Notes: generated by a model from the letters alone, not told the origin. A stretch of 64,000 bases of DNA from an uncultured Elusimicrobiaceae bacterium (GCA_964415175.1 CAYPYG010000009.1:13377-77376); one strand, 5' to 3'; positions 29,122-40,146 are shown, numbered from the stretch's first letter. Program-made: numbers and translations.

Positions 29122-30729
29122 ATGACAGAAACGAAACCTCTCCCCGCTTCGGGCTTCTACGGCCTTAATATCGCCCCCGGTCTCCTGGCCGAACTCGATC
29201 GCCTCAAGTTCACCGTCCCTACGCCCATACAGCAGAAGGCCATACCCCCGGCCTGCGAGGGCAAGGACCTGGTCGGCATAGCCCAGACCGGCACGGGCAA
29301 GACCATCGCCTTCGCCATCCCCATGCTCCAGCGCCTGGCGGCCCTCCCCGGCCGCGGCCTCATACTCCTGCCCACGCGCGAGCTGGCCCTGCAGGTCAAC
29401 GAGGTCTTCAAGAAGTTCGCCCGCGCCGCCGGCATACAGACCTCGGTGCTCATCGGCGGAGAATCGATAGGCCGCCAGCAGCAGGACCTGCGCAAGCAGC
29501 CGCGCGTCCTGATAGCCACGCCGGGGCGCCTCATCGACCACATGGGCCAGCGCACCGTGAAACTTTCCGACATCGGCGTGCTCGTCCTCGACGAGGCCGA
29601 CCGGATGTTCGACATGGGCTTCGCTCCGCAGATAGAGAAGATCCTGGCCGGGGTCCCCAGGGACAGGCAGACCATGCTTTTCTCGGCCACCATGCCGGAC
29701 GACATAATGGCGCTGGCCTCGCGCCACATGAAACTGCCGCTGCGCCTGGAGGTCGCCCGCTCCGGGACCACCGCCGAGGGCGTGGACCAGGAACTCTACG
29801 TCGTCGCCAGCCGCACGGAGAAGAACGCGCTGCTTGGCAAGCTGCTGGACAAGCACTGGGGACCGGTGCTGCTCTTCATGCGCACCAAGCATCACGCCAA
29901 GCGCGTGGCGCGCGACCTGCGCAATATGGGGCACAGCGCGGCCGAGATACATTCCAACCGTTCGCTCAACCAGCGCAAGGAAGCCCTCGAGGGCTTCAAG
30001 AGCGGCAAGTACCGGGTCCTGGTGGCCACCGACATAGCCGCGCGCGGCATAGACGTCACGGGGATAGAGCTGGTGATAAATTACGACCTGCCCGACGAGG
30101 ACGAGAATTACGTGCACCGCATCGGCCGCACTGGCCGCGCGGGCAAGACCGGCCACGCGATAAGCTTCGCGACGCCGGACCAGGCCCAGATGGTCCGCTC
30201 CATAGAGCGCCTCATCCGCAAACCCCTGCGCGTTTCGGCCCACCCGGATATAAAGCCTTCCGCCCTGCACGGTTCGGGCGCGCCGGCGCAGCAGCAGCAG
30301 CGGCGGCGGCCCGCCGCCGGGGGGCAGCGGCAGCAGCCGCGGCCGAACCGGCAGGAACAGAGGCCGCAGCGGCGCCCCGGGCCCGGGGCCGCCGGGAACG
30401 GCGGACAGTCCCGGCAACAGCAGCCCCGCCAGGCTCGGGGCGGGAACCGCGACGAGCGCACCCCAGGCCGGCGCGAAGACCGCCGGGATTTCCGCCGCCA
30501 GGGCGGCGAGCGCGACAGGAACGCGGGACGGCCGCGCTCCGGCGCCAGGGTCGAGGACTCGCCTTATTTCCCGGAGGACGGAAGGGGGATGTGGCGCGGC
30601 CAGGGCGGGCGCGACCGCAACAGGGGCCGCGACGAGAGGCCCCAGCGCCCCTCGACCGGACCCGCGCGCCAGGAAGAATCCCGGCGCAAGCCGCGCTGGT
30701 TCGATTTTTTCCGGAAGGAAAAGCGCTGA
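29122..30729 (+). CDS. DEAD-box RNA helicase (RhlE-like) with a long R/G/Q-rich disordered tail
   Basis: Q motif, AQTGTGKT, PTRELA, DEADRM, SAT, ARGID, HRIGRTGRAG. Confidence 0.95.
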   Translation: MTETKPLPASGFYGLNIAPGLLAELDRLKFTVPTPIQQKAIPPACEGKDLVGIAQTGTGKTIAFAIPMLQRLAALPGRGLILLPTRELALQVNEVFKKFARAAGIQTSVLIGGESIGRQQQDLRKQPRVLIATPGRLIDHMGQRTVKLSDIGVLVLDEADRMFDMGFAPQIEKILAGVPRDRQTMLFSATMPDDIMALASRHMKLPLRLEVARSGTTAEGVDQELYVVASRTEKNALLGKLLDKHWGPVLLFMRTKHHAKRVARDLRNMGHSAAEIHSNRSLNQRKEALEGFKSGKYRVLVATDIAARGIDVTGIELVINYDLPDEDENYVHRIGRTGRAGKTGHAISFATPDQAQMVRSIERLIRKPLRVSAHPDIKPSALHGSGAPAQQQQRRRPAAGGQRQQPRPNRQEQRPQRRPGPGAAGNGGQSRQQQPRQARGGNRDERTPGRREDRRDFRRQGGERDRNAGRPRSGARVEDSPYFPEDGRGMWRGQGGRDRNRGRDERPQRPSTGPARQEESRRKPRWFDFFRKEKR

Positions 30730-30811
30730 CCGGGTCCCGCGGCTTTAAATAGGCCGGCGGAATTTGATATTTTTATAGTATACCAACACACAACGGAGAC
30801 TCTCCCTAACG

Positions 30812-32086
30812 ATGAAATCGCTGATAAAGAAAATAGGGCTCAAGACCCTCAAAAAACTGGGGTTCGCCCGCAAAAAAACTTCCGGCTTCTACGGCCTGGG
30901 GATAGCCCCCGGGCTCCTGGAGGAACTGGACAGGAAGAAATTCGTTACGCCCACCCCCATACAGCAGCAGTCCATCCCGGTGGCTTCCGAGGGCAAGGAC
31001 ATGGTGGGAGTGGCGCAGACCGGCACCGGCAAGACAATCGCCTTCGCCATACCCATGATACAGCGGCTCGCCGCCACCAAGGGCAAGAAAGGCCTGGTGC
31101 TGCTGCCGACGCGAGAGCTGGCCATGCAGGTCAGCGAAGTGATGAAGCAGTTCGCGCCGGTCATGGGCATGGGCGCCGTCTGCCTCATCGGCGGCGAGGA
31201 GATGAACAAGCAGATGCGCGAACTGAAAAAACGCCCGCGCATACTTATAGCCACGCCGGGGCGGCTGCTCGACCACATGGAGCGCCGCACGGTCCACGTC
31301 GACGACGTGGAGGTGCTCGTTCTCGACGAGGCCGACCGCATGTTCGACATGGGCTTCGCCCCGCAGATCAACCGCATCATGCGGGCGCTGCCGCGCGACC
31401 GCCAGACCATGCTTTTCTCGGCCACCATGCCCGACGAGGTGATGAAGCTGGCGTCCGACCATATGCACCTGCCGCTGCGCATAGAGGTGGCCCGCTCCGG
31501 CACCGCGGCCGAGCTGGTGCGCCAGGAGCTTTACATCGTGGGACACGGGGCCAAGTACGCGCTCCTGGGCAAGATACTCCAGAAATATGCCGGCAGCGTG
31601 CTCGTCTTCGTCCGCACCCGCGAGGACGCCATGAAGGTAACGCAGGTCATCGCCCACATGAAGCACCGCGTGGCCGAGCTGCACTCGGACCGTTCCATGG
31701 GCCAGCGCAAAGAGGCCCTGGAAGGCTTCAAGAGCGGCAAGTACCGCATACTGGTGGCCACCGACATAGCCGCCCGCGGCATCGACGTGACGGGGATAGA
31801 GGTGGTAATCAACTACACCCTCCCCGACGAGGACGACGCCTACGTGCACCGCATCGGCCGCACCGGCCGCGCCGGCCAGCCGGGCCTGGCCATAACTTTC
31901 GCCACCCCGGACCAGGGGCCGGACGTGCGCAGCATAGAGGCGCTCATCAAGTCCAAGCTCAACGTGGTCACCCATCCCGAGATACAGCCGGCGGAATTCT
32001 GGGACGTGCGCAACACCGTGGCCACGGGCCGCGGCTGGAACCAGGGAGCGGGCCGCCGCCGCGGCTTCGGCGGCCGGCGGAGATAG
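30812..32086 (+). CDS. Second DEAD-box RNA helicase (tandem paralog)
   Basis: Same conserved helicase motifs; short GRRR tail. Confidence 0.95.
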   Translation: MKSLIKKIGLKTLKKLGFARKKTSGFYGLGIAPGLLEELDRKKFVTPTPIQQQSIPVASEGKDMVGVAQTGTGKTIAFAIPMIQRLAATKGKKGLVLLPTRELAMQVSEVMKQFAPVMGMGAVCLIGGEEMNKQMRELKKRPRILIATPGRLLDHMERRTVHVDDVEVLVLDEADRMFDMGFAPQINRIMRALPRDRQTMLFSATMPDEVMKLASDHMHLPLRIEVARSGTAAELVRQELYIVGHGAKYALLGKILQKYAGSVLVFVRTREDAMKVTQVIAHMKHRVAELHSDRSMGQRKEALEGFKSGKYRILVATDIAARGIDVTGIEVVINYTLPDEDDAYVHRIGRTGRAGQPGLAITFATPDQGPDVRSIEALIKSKLNVVTHPEIQPAEFWDVRNTVATGRGWNQGAGRRRGFGGRRR

Positions 32087-32089
32087 CCG

Positions 32090-33508
32090 ATGGCCGGCCC
32101 GGCGTTGCCCTCGCGGCTGACTTTCCACGGCGCGGCCGGCGAGGTGACCGGCTCCCGCCACCTGCTCGAGGCCGGGGAGGGCCGGGTCCTCCTCGACTGC
32201 GGCCTCTTCCAGGGCCGCCGCGCCGAGGCCGCCGCCAAGAACCGCAATTCGCCTTTCGACCCCGCTTCTCTCTCGGCCGTTTTCCTTTCCCACGCCCACA
32301 TAGACCATTGCGGCCTGCTGCCCCGCCTGGCCGGCGACGGCTTCAAAGGCCCGGTTTACGCCACCCGCGAGACGGCCGACCTGGTCGCCATAATGCTGGC
32401 CGACTCCGCCCGCCTGCAGGAGACGGACGCCAAGTTCTTCAACAAGATCCACGCGGCCGACGGCGAGAGGATAGAGCCCCTTTACGGCGAGAAGGAGGCC
32501 GACCTGGCGATCTCCCTGCTGCGCCCCTGCGCCCCGGGCGACGTGATCAGCCCCGCCCCCGGCCTGAGCGCGCGCTTCCTCAACGCCGGCCATGTCCTGG
32601 GCTCGGCGATGATACAGGCCGACATGGAAACGCCCGCCGGGCCCCGACGGCTGCTTTACACCGGGGACCTGGGACGACGCGAGGTGCCGCTCATGAAGGC
32701 GCCGGAACCGCCGGAAGGCGTGGATTACCTGGTCATTGAATCCACTTACGGCGGGCGCACCCACGAACCGGCCTCGGAGATCGACGCCGAGCTGGGCCGC
32801 CTGCTGCGCAAGGCGGCCGCCGAAAAAGGAAAGATCATAATCCCCGCTTTCGCGCTGGAGCGCTCGCAGGAGATAATAGTGGCGCTGGACAGGCTGCGCA
32901 ACGACCCCTCCATGCCGGAGATCCCGGTCTATGTCGACAGCCCTATGGCGATCGATATAACCGGGATCTTCAACAGGCACCTCGAGGGCTTCAGCTTCGA
33001 CCGGGAGTTCAAAGCCTACGCCCGCCGGGACGGGGACCCTTTCGGTTTCGACTTCATAAAGTACGCCAGGTCCAAGGAGGAGTCGCAGGCTCTCAACGGC
33101 CGCCCGGGGCCCATGATAATCATCTCCGCCTCCGGCATGTGCGAGGGCGGCCGCGTGCTCCATCACCTGCGCAATAATATCGCCGATCCCTCGGCGACCG
33201 TGCTTATCGTCGGCTACCAGGCCGCGGGCACGCTGGGCCGCCGGCTCCAGGACGGCCAGAAGAAAGTGCGCATCTTCGGGCTGCAGCACGAGGTGGCGGC
33301 GGAGATACGGACGATGCCGCACTTTTCGTCGCACGCCGACAGGGACGACGCTCTCGCTTTCGTCAGGGGCCTGAACAGGAAGCCCCGGAAGATCTTCCTC
33401 GTTCACGGCGAGGATTCGCAGCGGGACGCGCTGGCGGAGGCGCTGGCGGCCGAAGGGTACGGCGCGCCGGAGAAGCCGGGGCATGGAGAATCTTTCGTTC
33501 TCGACTGA
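32090..33508 (+). CDS. MBL-fold beta-CASP ribonuclease (YSH1/TTHA0252-like)
   Basis: EVTGSRHL, LSHAHIDHCG, AGHVLGS, GDLG, ESTYG, SGMCEGGR, FSSHAD, VHGE. Confidence 0.92.
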   Translation: MAGPALPSRLTFHGAAGEVTGSRHLLEAGEGRVLLDCGLFQGRRAEAAAKNRNSPFDPASLSAVFLSHAHIDHCGLLPRLAGDGFKGPVYATRETADLVAIMLADSARLQETDAKFFNKIHAADGERIEPLYGEKEADLAISLLRPCAPGDVISPAPGLSARFLNAGHVLGSAMIQADMETPAGPRRLLYTGDLGRREVPLMKAPEPPEGVDYLVIESTYGGRTHEPASEIDAELGRLLRKAAAEKGKIIIPAFALERSQEIIVALDRLRNDPSMPEIPVYVDSPMAIDITGIFNRHLEGFSFDREFKAYARRDGDPFGFDFIKYARSKEESQALNGRPGPMIIISASGMCEGGRVLHHLRNNIADPSATVLIVGYQAAGTLGRRLQDGQKKVRIFGLQHEVAAEIRTMPHFSSHADRDDALAFVRGLNRKPRKIFLVHGEDSQRDALAEALAAEGYGAPEKPGHGESFVLD

Positions 33509-33525
33509 CGATGGAGGGGGACTGA

Positions 33526-35057
33526 ATGTCTAAGAAAATAGCGGTCGTCGGCGCGGGCCCGGGAGGCCTGACCGCGGCCATGATACTGGCGGCGCGGGGG
33601 TTCGATGTCACGGTCTTCGAGGCCAAGGACAGGGTCGGGGGCCGGAACGCGGAGCTGAGGCTTGGAGAGTTCCGTTTCGACACGGGCCCCACCTTCCTGA
33701 TGCTCAATTTCATCCTGCGCGAAATGTTCGAAGAGGCCGGACATAAAATAGACGAGTACCTCTCCTTCACCCGCCTCGACCCCATGTACCGGCTGGTCTT
33801 CGACGACCGCGATTTCCGCCCCGTCTCGGACCCGGCTAAGATGAGGGCCGAAATAGCCCGCGCCTTCCCGGGGCAGGAGAAAGGGCTGGACAGGTTCCTG
33901 GCGGCGGAGAAGGCCCGCTTCGAAAAGTTGTTCCCCTGCATACAGAAGGACTATTCCTCCTTCGGGTCCCTCTTCAGCGTCCCGCTGCTTAAAGCCGTAC
34001 CCTACCTCGACGCCGGACGCTCGGTCTTCGACGTCCTCGGGAAGTATTTCGACGACGACAAGCTTAAGCTCGCCTTCACTTTCCAGGCGAAATATCTCGG
34101 CATGTCGCCCTGGGACTGCCCCGGCTTTTTCACGATGCTCTCCTATATAGAGCACGCCTACGGCGTCTATCACGTGCGGGGCGGGCTTAACGCCATCTCT
34201 TCCGCGATGGCGAAAGCGGCCTCCGTGAACGGGGCGAAGATACGCCTCTCCTCCCCCGTGAAGCGGGTGATAACGGAAGGCGGCGCGGCCCGGGGCGTGG
34301 AGCTGAAGGGGGGGGAGGTCTTCCGCTGCGACGAGGTGGTGATAAACGCCGACTTCGGCCACGCCGCCACGACCCTCTTCGACAGGGGAGTGCTCTCCAA
34401 GTATTCCCCGGAGAAGATGCAGGCCCGCGAATTCTCCTGCTCCACTTTCATGCTCTACCTGGGGATCGACAAGGCCTACCCGGAGCTGCTCCACCACACC
34501 ATCGCCTTCGCTTCCGACTACCGGCGCAACGTGGAGGATATCTTTCACCGCAAGGCCCCTCCGGCGACGTCTCCATCTACGTGCAGAACGCCTCGCCCAC
34601 GGACCCGACGCTCGCCCCGCCCGGCAAGTCGACCATCTACATCCTGGTGCCCGTGCCCAACCTGGACGGCGGGGCCGACTGGGCGGCCGAAAGGCCGCGC
34701 CTGCGCGAGCTTGCCCTGAGGCTGGCCGAGGAACGGGCCGGCTTCAGGGACCTGCGCCGGCACATACAGGCGGAACGGCTCATAACGCCGGCGGACTGGC
34801 GGGACGAATACGGCGTATACAAGGGCGCCACCTTCAACCTCTCCCACAAGCTGGGCCAGATGCTCTACCTCCGGCCCCGCAACAAATTCGAAGAGGTGGG
34901 GAACTGCTGGCTGGTGGGAGGGGGCACTCATCCCGGCAGCGGGCTGCCGACCATATATGAGTCGGCGCGGATAACCTCCAACCTGCTCTGCCGGGAACAC
35001 GGAGTCCCTTTCAGAGAACCGACCTTCCTGGGGGCCAAGAAGGAGGTCGCTGCTTGA
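33526..35057 (+). CDS. crtN: 4,4'-diapophytoene desaturase CrtN (apparent 1-bp frameshift at the C4 run 34556-34559)
   Basis: GAGPGGL, FDTGPTFL, FQAKYLGMSPW, YSCSTFMLYLG-like, VQNAS, GGGTHPGSGLPTIYESARI. Two track ORFs join if one C is added (...KAPSGDVSIYVQNAS). Confidence 0.85.
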
Positions 35058-36534
35058 ACGCAGGGGGGGAGGCGGTCGCAAGGGCCCGGGCGGCTTCGGC
35101 GCGCCTGCGGGCGGCCGGCTGGCCGGAACGCCGCGCCCGCCTCGCGCGTCTGCGCCTTGCCATAGCCGCGGACCTGGACGGCCTGTCGGCGGGCATCTCT
35201 TCGGTCACGGGCAAACCGCGGGCCGAAGCCCTGATGAGCGAGATCTATCCCTGCCTGGAGATCCTTCGCTATTATGAACGCTCCGCGGAAAAGATACTCG
35301 CGCCGCGCGGAAGGCCCACCCCTTTCTTCTTTACCGGCTCCAGCTCGAGAGTGGAGTACCGGCCTTACGGCGCCGTGCTCGTCATAGGGCCCTATAATTT
35401 CCCTTTCCAGCTCTCCTTTATCCCCGCGGTTACGGCCCTGGCGGCCGGCAACGCCGCGGTCATAAAGCCCTCCGAACTGGCGCCGGGCACGGGAGCCCTG
35501 CTCTCCCGGGTCTTCGCGGCGGCGGGCGGGGACCCCGATCTCCTGATCGTGGAGGAGGGTGGGAAGGAAAAGGTCCGCGAACTCACGGAGGCCGGCCCGG
35601 ACAAGGTCTTCTTCACCGGCGGCCCGGCGGGCGGACGGGCGGTCATGGCCCTCTGCGCCGAAAAGGCGATACCTCTCTGCCTGGAGCTCGGCGGAAAGGC
35701 CCCGATGCTGGTTTTCGACGACGCGGACCTGGAGCGCGCCGCGCAGGGAGCGGCCTACGGCGCATTCTGCAATTCCGGCCAGGTCTGCGTCTCCACGGAG
35801 CGCATCTACGTGCAGCGCGCGGTCTACGCCGCTTTCATGGAAAAGTTCCTGGCGGCCTCGGCCGCCGTCTCGCCGGGAGGCGAATCGGGCGATTACGGCC
35901 CGATGATCTCGCGGGAGAAAGCGGAATCCGTCATCGCCATGGCGAGGGAAGCCGTGGCGGGGGGAGCCAGGGTCCTGACCCCTTTGCGCTACGAGAACGG
36001 CGTGCTCTACCCGATAATAGTGGCGGAACCGCCGCCGGACTGCCGCCTCATGACGGACGAGATCTTCGGGCCGGCCGTTGCCGTCGTCCCTTTCGGCGCC
36101 GAGGAAGAGGCTCTCCGCCTGGCCGCCTCCCGTCACGGCGGCCTGGCCGCCTCCGTCTGGACCCGCGACAGGGAGCGCGCCGCGCGCGCCGCCGCCGCGC
36201 TGGACGCCGGGTCCATCAGCGTGAACGACGCCATAAGGGCCGTAGCAGCCCCTACCTGCCGTTCGGGGGCATGGGAACGAGCGGTTTCGGAAGATATCAC
36301 GGCCCGGAAGGCCTCTATGAATTCTCCCGGCAGGCGGCGGTAATGGAGAATTTTTCCTCTGTCCCGTCGGAACCCAACTGGTTCCCTTACGGCCCGGGGC
36401 TTTACGGCCCGATGAAGGACTCGCTGCTGGCCATGTTCGGGCCTTTTTCGCCCGCGGCCTGGCGCAGGGCCTTCACGGCTTCAAGACTGATAAAAAAGCG
36501 AAGGAACAGGGGGATAGGCAATGGCGAAAGATAA
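35054..36534 (+). CDS. Aldehyde dehydrogenase, C30 carotenoid aldehyde oxidase-like (apparent 1-bp frameshift at the C4 run 36249-36252)
   Basis: IGPYNFP, IKPSE, FTGG, LELGGK, NSGQVC, EIFGP; LPFGGMGTSGFGRYHG is restored by adding one C. Sits between crtN and crtNb. Confidence 0.85.
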
Positions 36535-38014
36535 GAAGGCGGTGGTCATCGGGGCCGGGATAGGCGGTCTTTCCGCCGCCGTATCCCTGGCCTGCGCCGG
36601 CTACGAGGTCGCTCTTTTCGAGAAGAACAAAGGCCCGGGCGGCAAGCTCAACCAGCTGGAGAAGGACGGCTTCAGGTTCGACCTCGGGCCCTCGATCCTG
36701 ACGATGCCGCAGATCTTCCGCGACCTGTTCGCCAGGGCGGGGAAGGAAATGAAGGATTATGTGGCGATAGAGGAGCTGAGGCCCCACTGGCGAAATTTCT
36801 TCGAGGGCGGCTTCACATTCGACTTCACCCCGGACTCCCGGCTCATGGAGGCGGAACTCAAAAAAATCCCCGACGGAGGCCGCGGCTTCAGCGCCTTCCT
36901 GGAATACTCCCGCCGGCAGAGCCTCCTGACGGAAGAGGGTTATTTCAAATACGGCTACGACACGCTGGCCGAGATGCGGGCCGGCTACGGCAATCTCCGG
37001 GCGCTGCTCGGTTTCGACTGGATGCGCTCGATGGACGCCGGGGTGCGCTCTTACGTGAAGGACCCCCGCCTGGTGGACGCGCTGAACTACTTCATAAAGT
37101 ATGTCGGGTCCTCTCCCTACGACGCCCCGGGCACGATGAACCTGCTTCCGCACGTGCAGTTCGGCTACGGCCTCTGGTACGTATCCGGCGGGATGTATAA
37201 GATGGCCCTGGCCCTGGAAAAGCTCGCCCGCGACTGCGGGGTGGACATAAAATACGGGCACGAGGCCGCTTCCATAGAGAGGGCCGGAGGCCGGGTCACC
37301 GCCGTCACCGCGAAGAACGGCGCGAGGGCCGAGGCGGACGCCGTGGTCTCCAACATGGAGGTCATCCCCGCCTGCCGCGAACTGCTCGGCGAGGACGAAG
37401 CTTTCCTGCGCTCGCTGGAGAAGTTCGAGCCGGCCTGCTCGGGACTTGTCATCGACCTGGGGATAAAAGGCTCTTACCCGGCGCTGGCCCATCACAACTT
37501 CTTCTATTCCGGCTCTCCGAAAGAACATTTCGACGCCGTTTTCAGGAAAAAGGAGCTTTCCTCCGACCCGACGATCTACCTGGTGGCGCCCTGCGTCACC
37601 GACCCCTCGGCCGCCCCCGCGGGCTGCTCCGTCCTGAAGATACTGCCGCATATCCCCCACATAAGGGACGAGAAGCCCTACACAAAGGCGGATTACACGG
37701 CCTTCCGCGACGTGGTCCTGGCGAAACTGGAGCGCATGGGCCTCGACGGCCTCCGCTCCCGCATAGTCACCGAGGACGTCCTGACGCCCGACGACATAAA
37801 GGCGATGTATTACTCCAACAAGGGCTCGATCTACGGAGTAGTGTCGGACAGGAAGCTCAACGGGGCCTTCCGCGCGCCGAAGCGCAGCTCAAGGTATTCC
37901 AACCTCTTCTTCGTAGGCGGCAGCGTGAACCCGGGGGCGGGTATGCCCATGGTCGCGCTCTCCGGCATGCTGGCCTGCGATATGCTTACGGGTGCCATCG
38001 GAGGTCGGAAATGA
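36521..38014 (+). CDS. crtNb: 4,4'-diapolycopene/diaponeurosporene oxidase (CrtNb/CrtP)
   Basis: FDLGPSILTMP, YFIKYVGSSPYDAP, SNMEVIP, LAHHNFF, DPTIYLV, GGSVNPGAGMPMVALSG match CrtP/CrtNb-type proteins as I recall them. Confidence 0.88.
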   Translation: MAKDKKAVVIGAGIGGLSAAVSLACAGYEVALFEKNKGPGGKLNQLEKDGFRFDLGPSILTMPQIFRDLFARAGKEMKDYVAIEELRPHWRNFFEGGFTFDFTPDSRLMEAELKKIPDGGRGFSAFLEYSRRQSLLTEEGYFKYGYDTLAEMRAGYGNLRALLGFDWMRSMDAGVRSYVKDPRLVDALNYFIKYVGSSPYDAPGTMNLLPHVQFGYGLWYVSGGMYKMALALEKLARDCGVDIKYGHEAASIERAGGRVTAVTAKNGARAEADAVVSNMEVIPACRELLGEDEAFLRSLEKFEPACSGLVIDLGIKGSYPALAHHNFFYSGSPKEHFDAVFRKKELSSDPTIYLVAPCVTDPSAAPAGCSVLKILPHIPHIRDEKPYTKADYTAFRDVVLAKLERMGLDGLRSRIVTEDVLTPDDIKAMYYSNKGSIYGVVSDRKLNGAFRAPKRSSRYSNLFFVGGSVNPGAGMPMVALSGMLACDMLTGAIGGRK

Positions 38015-39621
38015 AGCTGTCGCGCCTTTTCGCTAAAGGGGACTTCTCCGGTTTCTGGGCGCTGCTGGCCGACAACCTGGCCAACATAGTGATAATCGCC
38101 GGGGTCTGCAAGGGCGTCTTCAGGATGCCCGACGAGGTGGTCTTCGGCAGGATAGTGCCCGGCATAGGGGTCGCGCTGCTGGCCGGCACCGCGGCCTACG
38201 CCTGGATGGCGCTGAAGCTGGCCGAAAAGGAGAAGCGGGACGACGTGACCGCCCTGCCCTACGGCATCTCGACGCCCGTAATGTTCGTCTACCTCTTCGG
38301 GGTGATAGGGCCGGTGTATTTCAAGACAGGCGACCCGGTGGCCGCCTGGCAATGCGGGATAGCCGCGGCCTTCATCGGCGGACTGGTGGAGCTGGCCGGC
38401 GGCCTCGCAGGCCCCTGGATAAAACGGCACACGCCGCGGGCCGGGATGCTGGGAACGCTGGCCGGCATAGCGATAGTCTGGATAGCGACGATCCCCTTCG
38501 CCGAGATAATGGAGCAGCCGCTGGTGGGCTTCATCTCTTTCTCCATAATCCTGCTGGGCCTCGTCGCGGGGGTGCGGCTGCCTTTCGGCCTCCCGGCCGG
38601 GCTTGCCGCGATAGTCGCCGGCACGGCCGTGGCGATGGCCACCGGGCTCTCGAGGATATCCGCGGAAGGGATAGGGCTCCACCCGCCGCTGCTTATGCCG
38701 GCGGACCTGCTGGCGGGCCTGAAACTGGTACTGGGCAATCCCGCGATAATCGCCGTCATACTGCCGATAGAGATCTACAATTTCATCGAGACGATGAACA
38801 ACGTGGAGTCCGCGGAGGCCGCCGGCGACCGCTACCCGGTGCGCCGGACGCAGGTCATCGACGGGCTGGGCACGATAGTCGGCGGGCTTTTCGGTTCGCC
38901 TTTTCCGACGACGGTGTATATCGGCCATCCCGCCTACAAAAGGCTGGGCTCGCGCAGCGGCTACGCTCTCGCGGTAGGCGCCGTACTTTTCCTGGCCGCG
39001 GTCGCCGGTCTGGTGAATTTCCTCTACGGTCTCATACCCGTGGCCGCCGTGGCGCCGATACTGGTCTTCGTGGCGATGATAATAGGCGCGCAGGCCTATA
39101 TCTGCGTGAAGCCCTCTCATACCCTGGCCGTCTCCATAGCCCTGGTCCCGCATGTCGCGGACCTGGTCTACAAGCAGGTCAGCGGGGCTATAAGCGGAGT
39201 CGGCGGCTACGCGGCTTCCCTCGCGGGCGCGGGGGAGGCGGGGGGGTTCCTGGCGGGACTGGCCTCCGGTCCCGTGCCGCGGGCGCTCAAAGACCATCTG
39301 CTCGCCGCCGGAGGACTGCACCTGGAGGGCCTCGCGGCGTTGAGCCAGGGCGCGATAATCTCCGGGCTTCTCTGGGGCGCCATCTGCGCCTCGCTGATCG
39401 ACTGCCGCTACAAGGCCGCGGCCTGGTTCTCGGCCGCCGCCGCGGCGCTCGCGGGGGCAGGGTTCATCCACGCCGCCGCCGCGGGGCCCCGTCTGGACTC
39501 CCCCTTCTTCCGGTCCTACCTTTTCATGGCGGTCTTCTTCGCGGTCTGCGCCAGGCTGGGACTCAAGTGCCACCTGGACGACTTTTCGGAGATGATGCTG
39601 GGCAAAGGGGAGTCCTGCTGA
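38011..39621 (+). CDS. NCS2-like (xanthine/uracil/vitamin C) permease
   Basis: About 13 TM segments; TALPYGISTP, PRAGMLGTLAGI, GSPFPTTVYIGHPAYK motifs. Confidence 0.75.
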   Translation: MKLSRLFAKGDFSGFWALLADNLANIVIIAGVCKGVFRMPDEVVFGRIVPGIGVALLAGTAAYAWMALKLAEKEKRDDVTALPYGISTPVMFVYLFGVIGPVYFKTGDPVAAWQCGIAAAFIGGLVELAGGLAGPWIKRHTPRAGMLGTLAGIAIVWIATIPFAEIMEQPLVGFISFSIILLGLVAGVRLPFGLPAGLAAIVAGTAVAMATGLSRISAEGIGLHPPLLMPADLLAGLKLVLGNPAIIAVILPIEIYNFIETMNNVESAEAAGDRYPVRRTQVIDGLGTIVGGLFGSPFPTTVYIGHPAYKRLGSRSGYALAVGAVLFLAAVAGLVNFLYGLIPVAAVAPILVFVAMIIGAQAYICVKPSHTLAVSIALVPHVADLVYKQVSGAISGVGGYAASLAGAGEAGGFLAGLASGPVPRALKDHLLAAGGLHLEGLAALSQGAIISGLLWGAICASLIDCRYKAAAWFSAAAAALAGAGFIHAAAAGPRLDSPFFRSYLFMAVFFAVCARLGLKCHLDDFSEMMLGKGESC

Positions 39622-39648
39622 AAGAACGGGGAGGGGGAATATAAAGGT

Positions 39649-40146
39649 TCAGTAGAACGGTTCCTGCTTCAGAAGCCGGGCGGTCAGGCCCCTGGCCTTG
39701 AGCAGCCGCAGATAGGCCTTGTCCTTGCCGCCCAGCACCGTCAGCATTATCTCCATCGATTCGCTGCCGACGAGCGGTTCGTCCCAGGAGAAAGGCCTGT
39801 CGTAGAGCACGGCGCCCTTCTGGTCGCTCAGGACGAGGCGGCCCCTGAAAGAGCGCAGCGTTCGCGTGGAGAGGTTCTGGAAATAAAGGAACAACTGAAG
39901 GCCGAACCTGTCGTCCTCTACCACGTTCTTCTTGCGCAGGAACTGCACGGCCACGGGTGCGGACGGGTCCTTGAGCATCGCGGGGGCCGCGGCCCCCGCG
40001 GCCGGGCGGACCTTTTCCAGCGCGGAGACGCGGGTCTCCAGCCGTTCGACCCGCACCTCCACCTCCTCCACCCTGCGTTCGGTGACGGCGGCGAAGAGCA
40101 TCGATGACGCCGCGCACAGCAGCGCGGCGGATAGCAGCGGCCTCAT
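39649..40146 (-). CDS. Secreted hypothetical protein (short coiled coil plus beta domain)
   Basis: Start at ATG 40146 with TGcTATAAT 6 nt upstream; signal peptide; VERLETRVSALE coiled coil. Confidence 0.7.
   Translation of the reverse strand: MRPLLSAALLCAASSMLFAAVTERRVEEVEVRVERLETRVSALEKVRPAAGAAAPAMLKDPSAPVAVQFLRKKNVVEDDRFGLQLFLYFQNLSTRTLRSFRGRLVLSDQKGAVLYDRPFSWDEPLVGSESMEIMLTVLGGKDKAYLRLLKARGLTARLLKQEPFY

Noticed and set aside
30290-30720. Repeat-like Q/R/G-rich DNA at the end of the first DEAD-box gene
   Set aside because: Low-complexity disordered tail typical of RhlE-like helicases; no discrete tandem DNA repeat.
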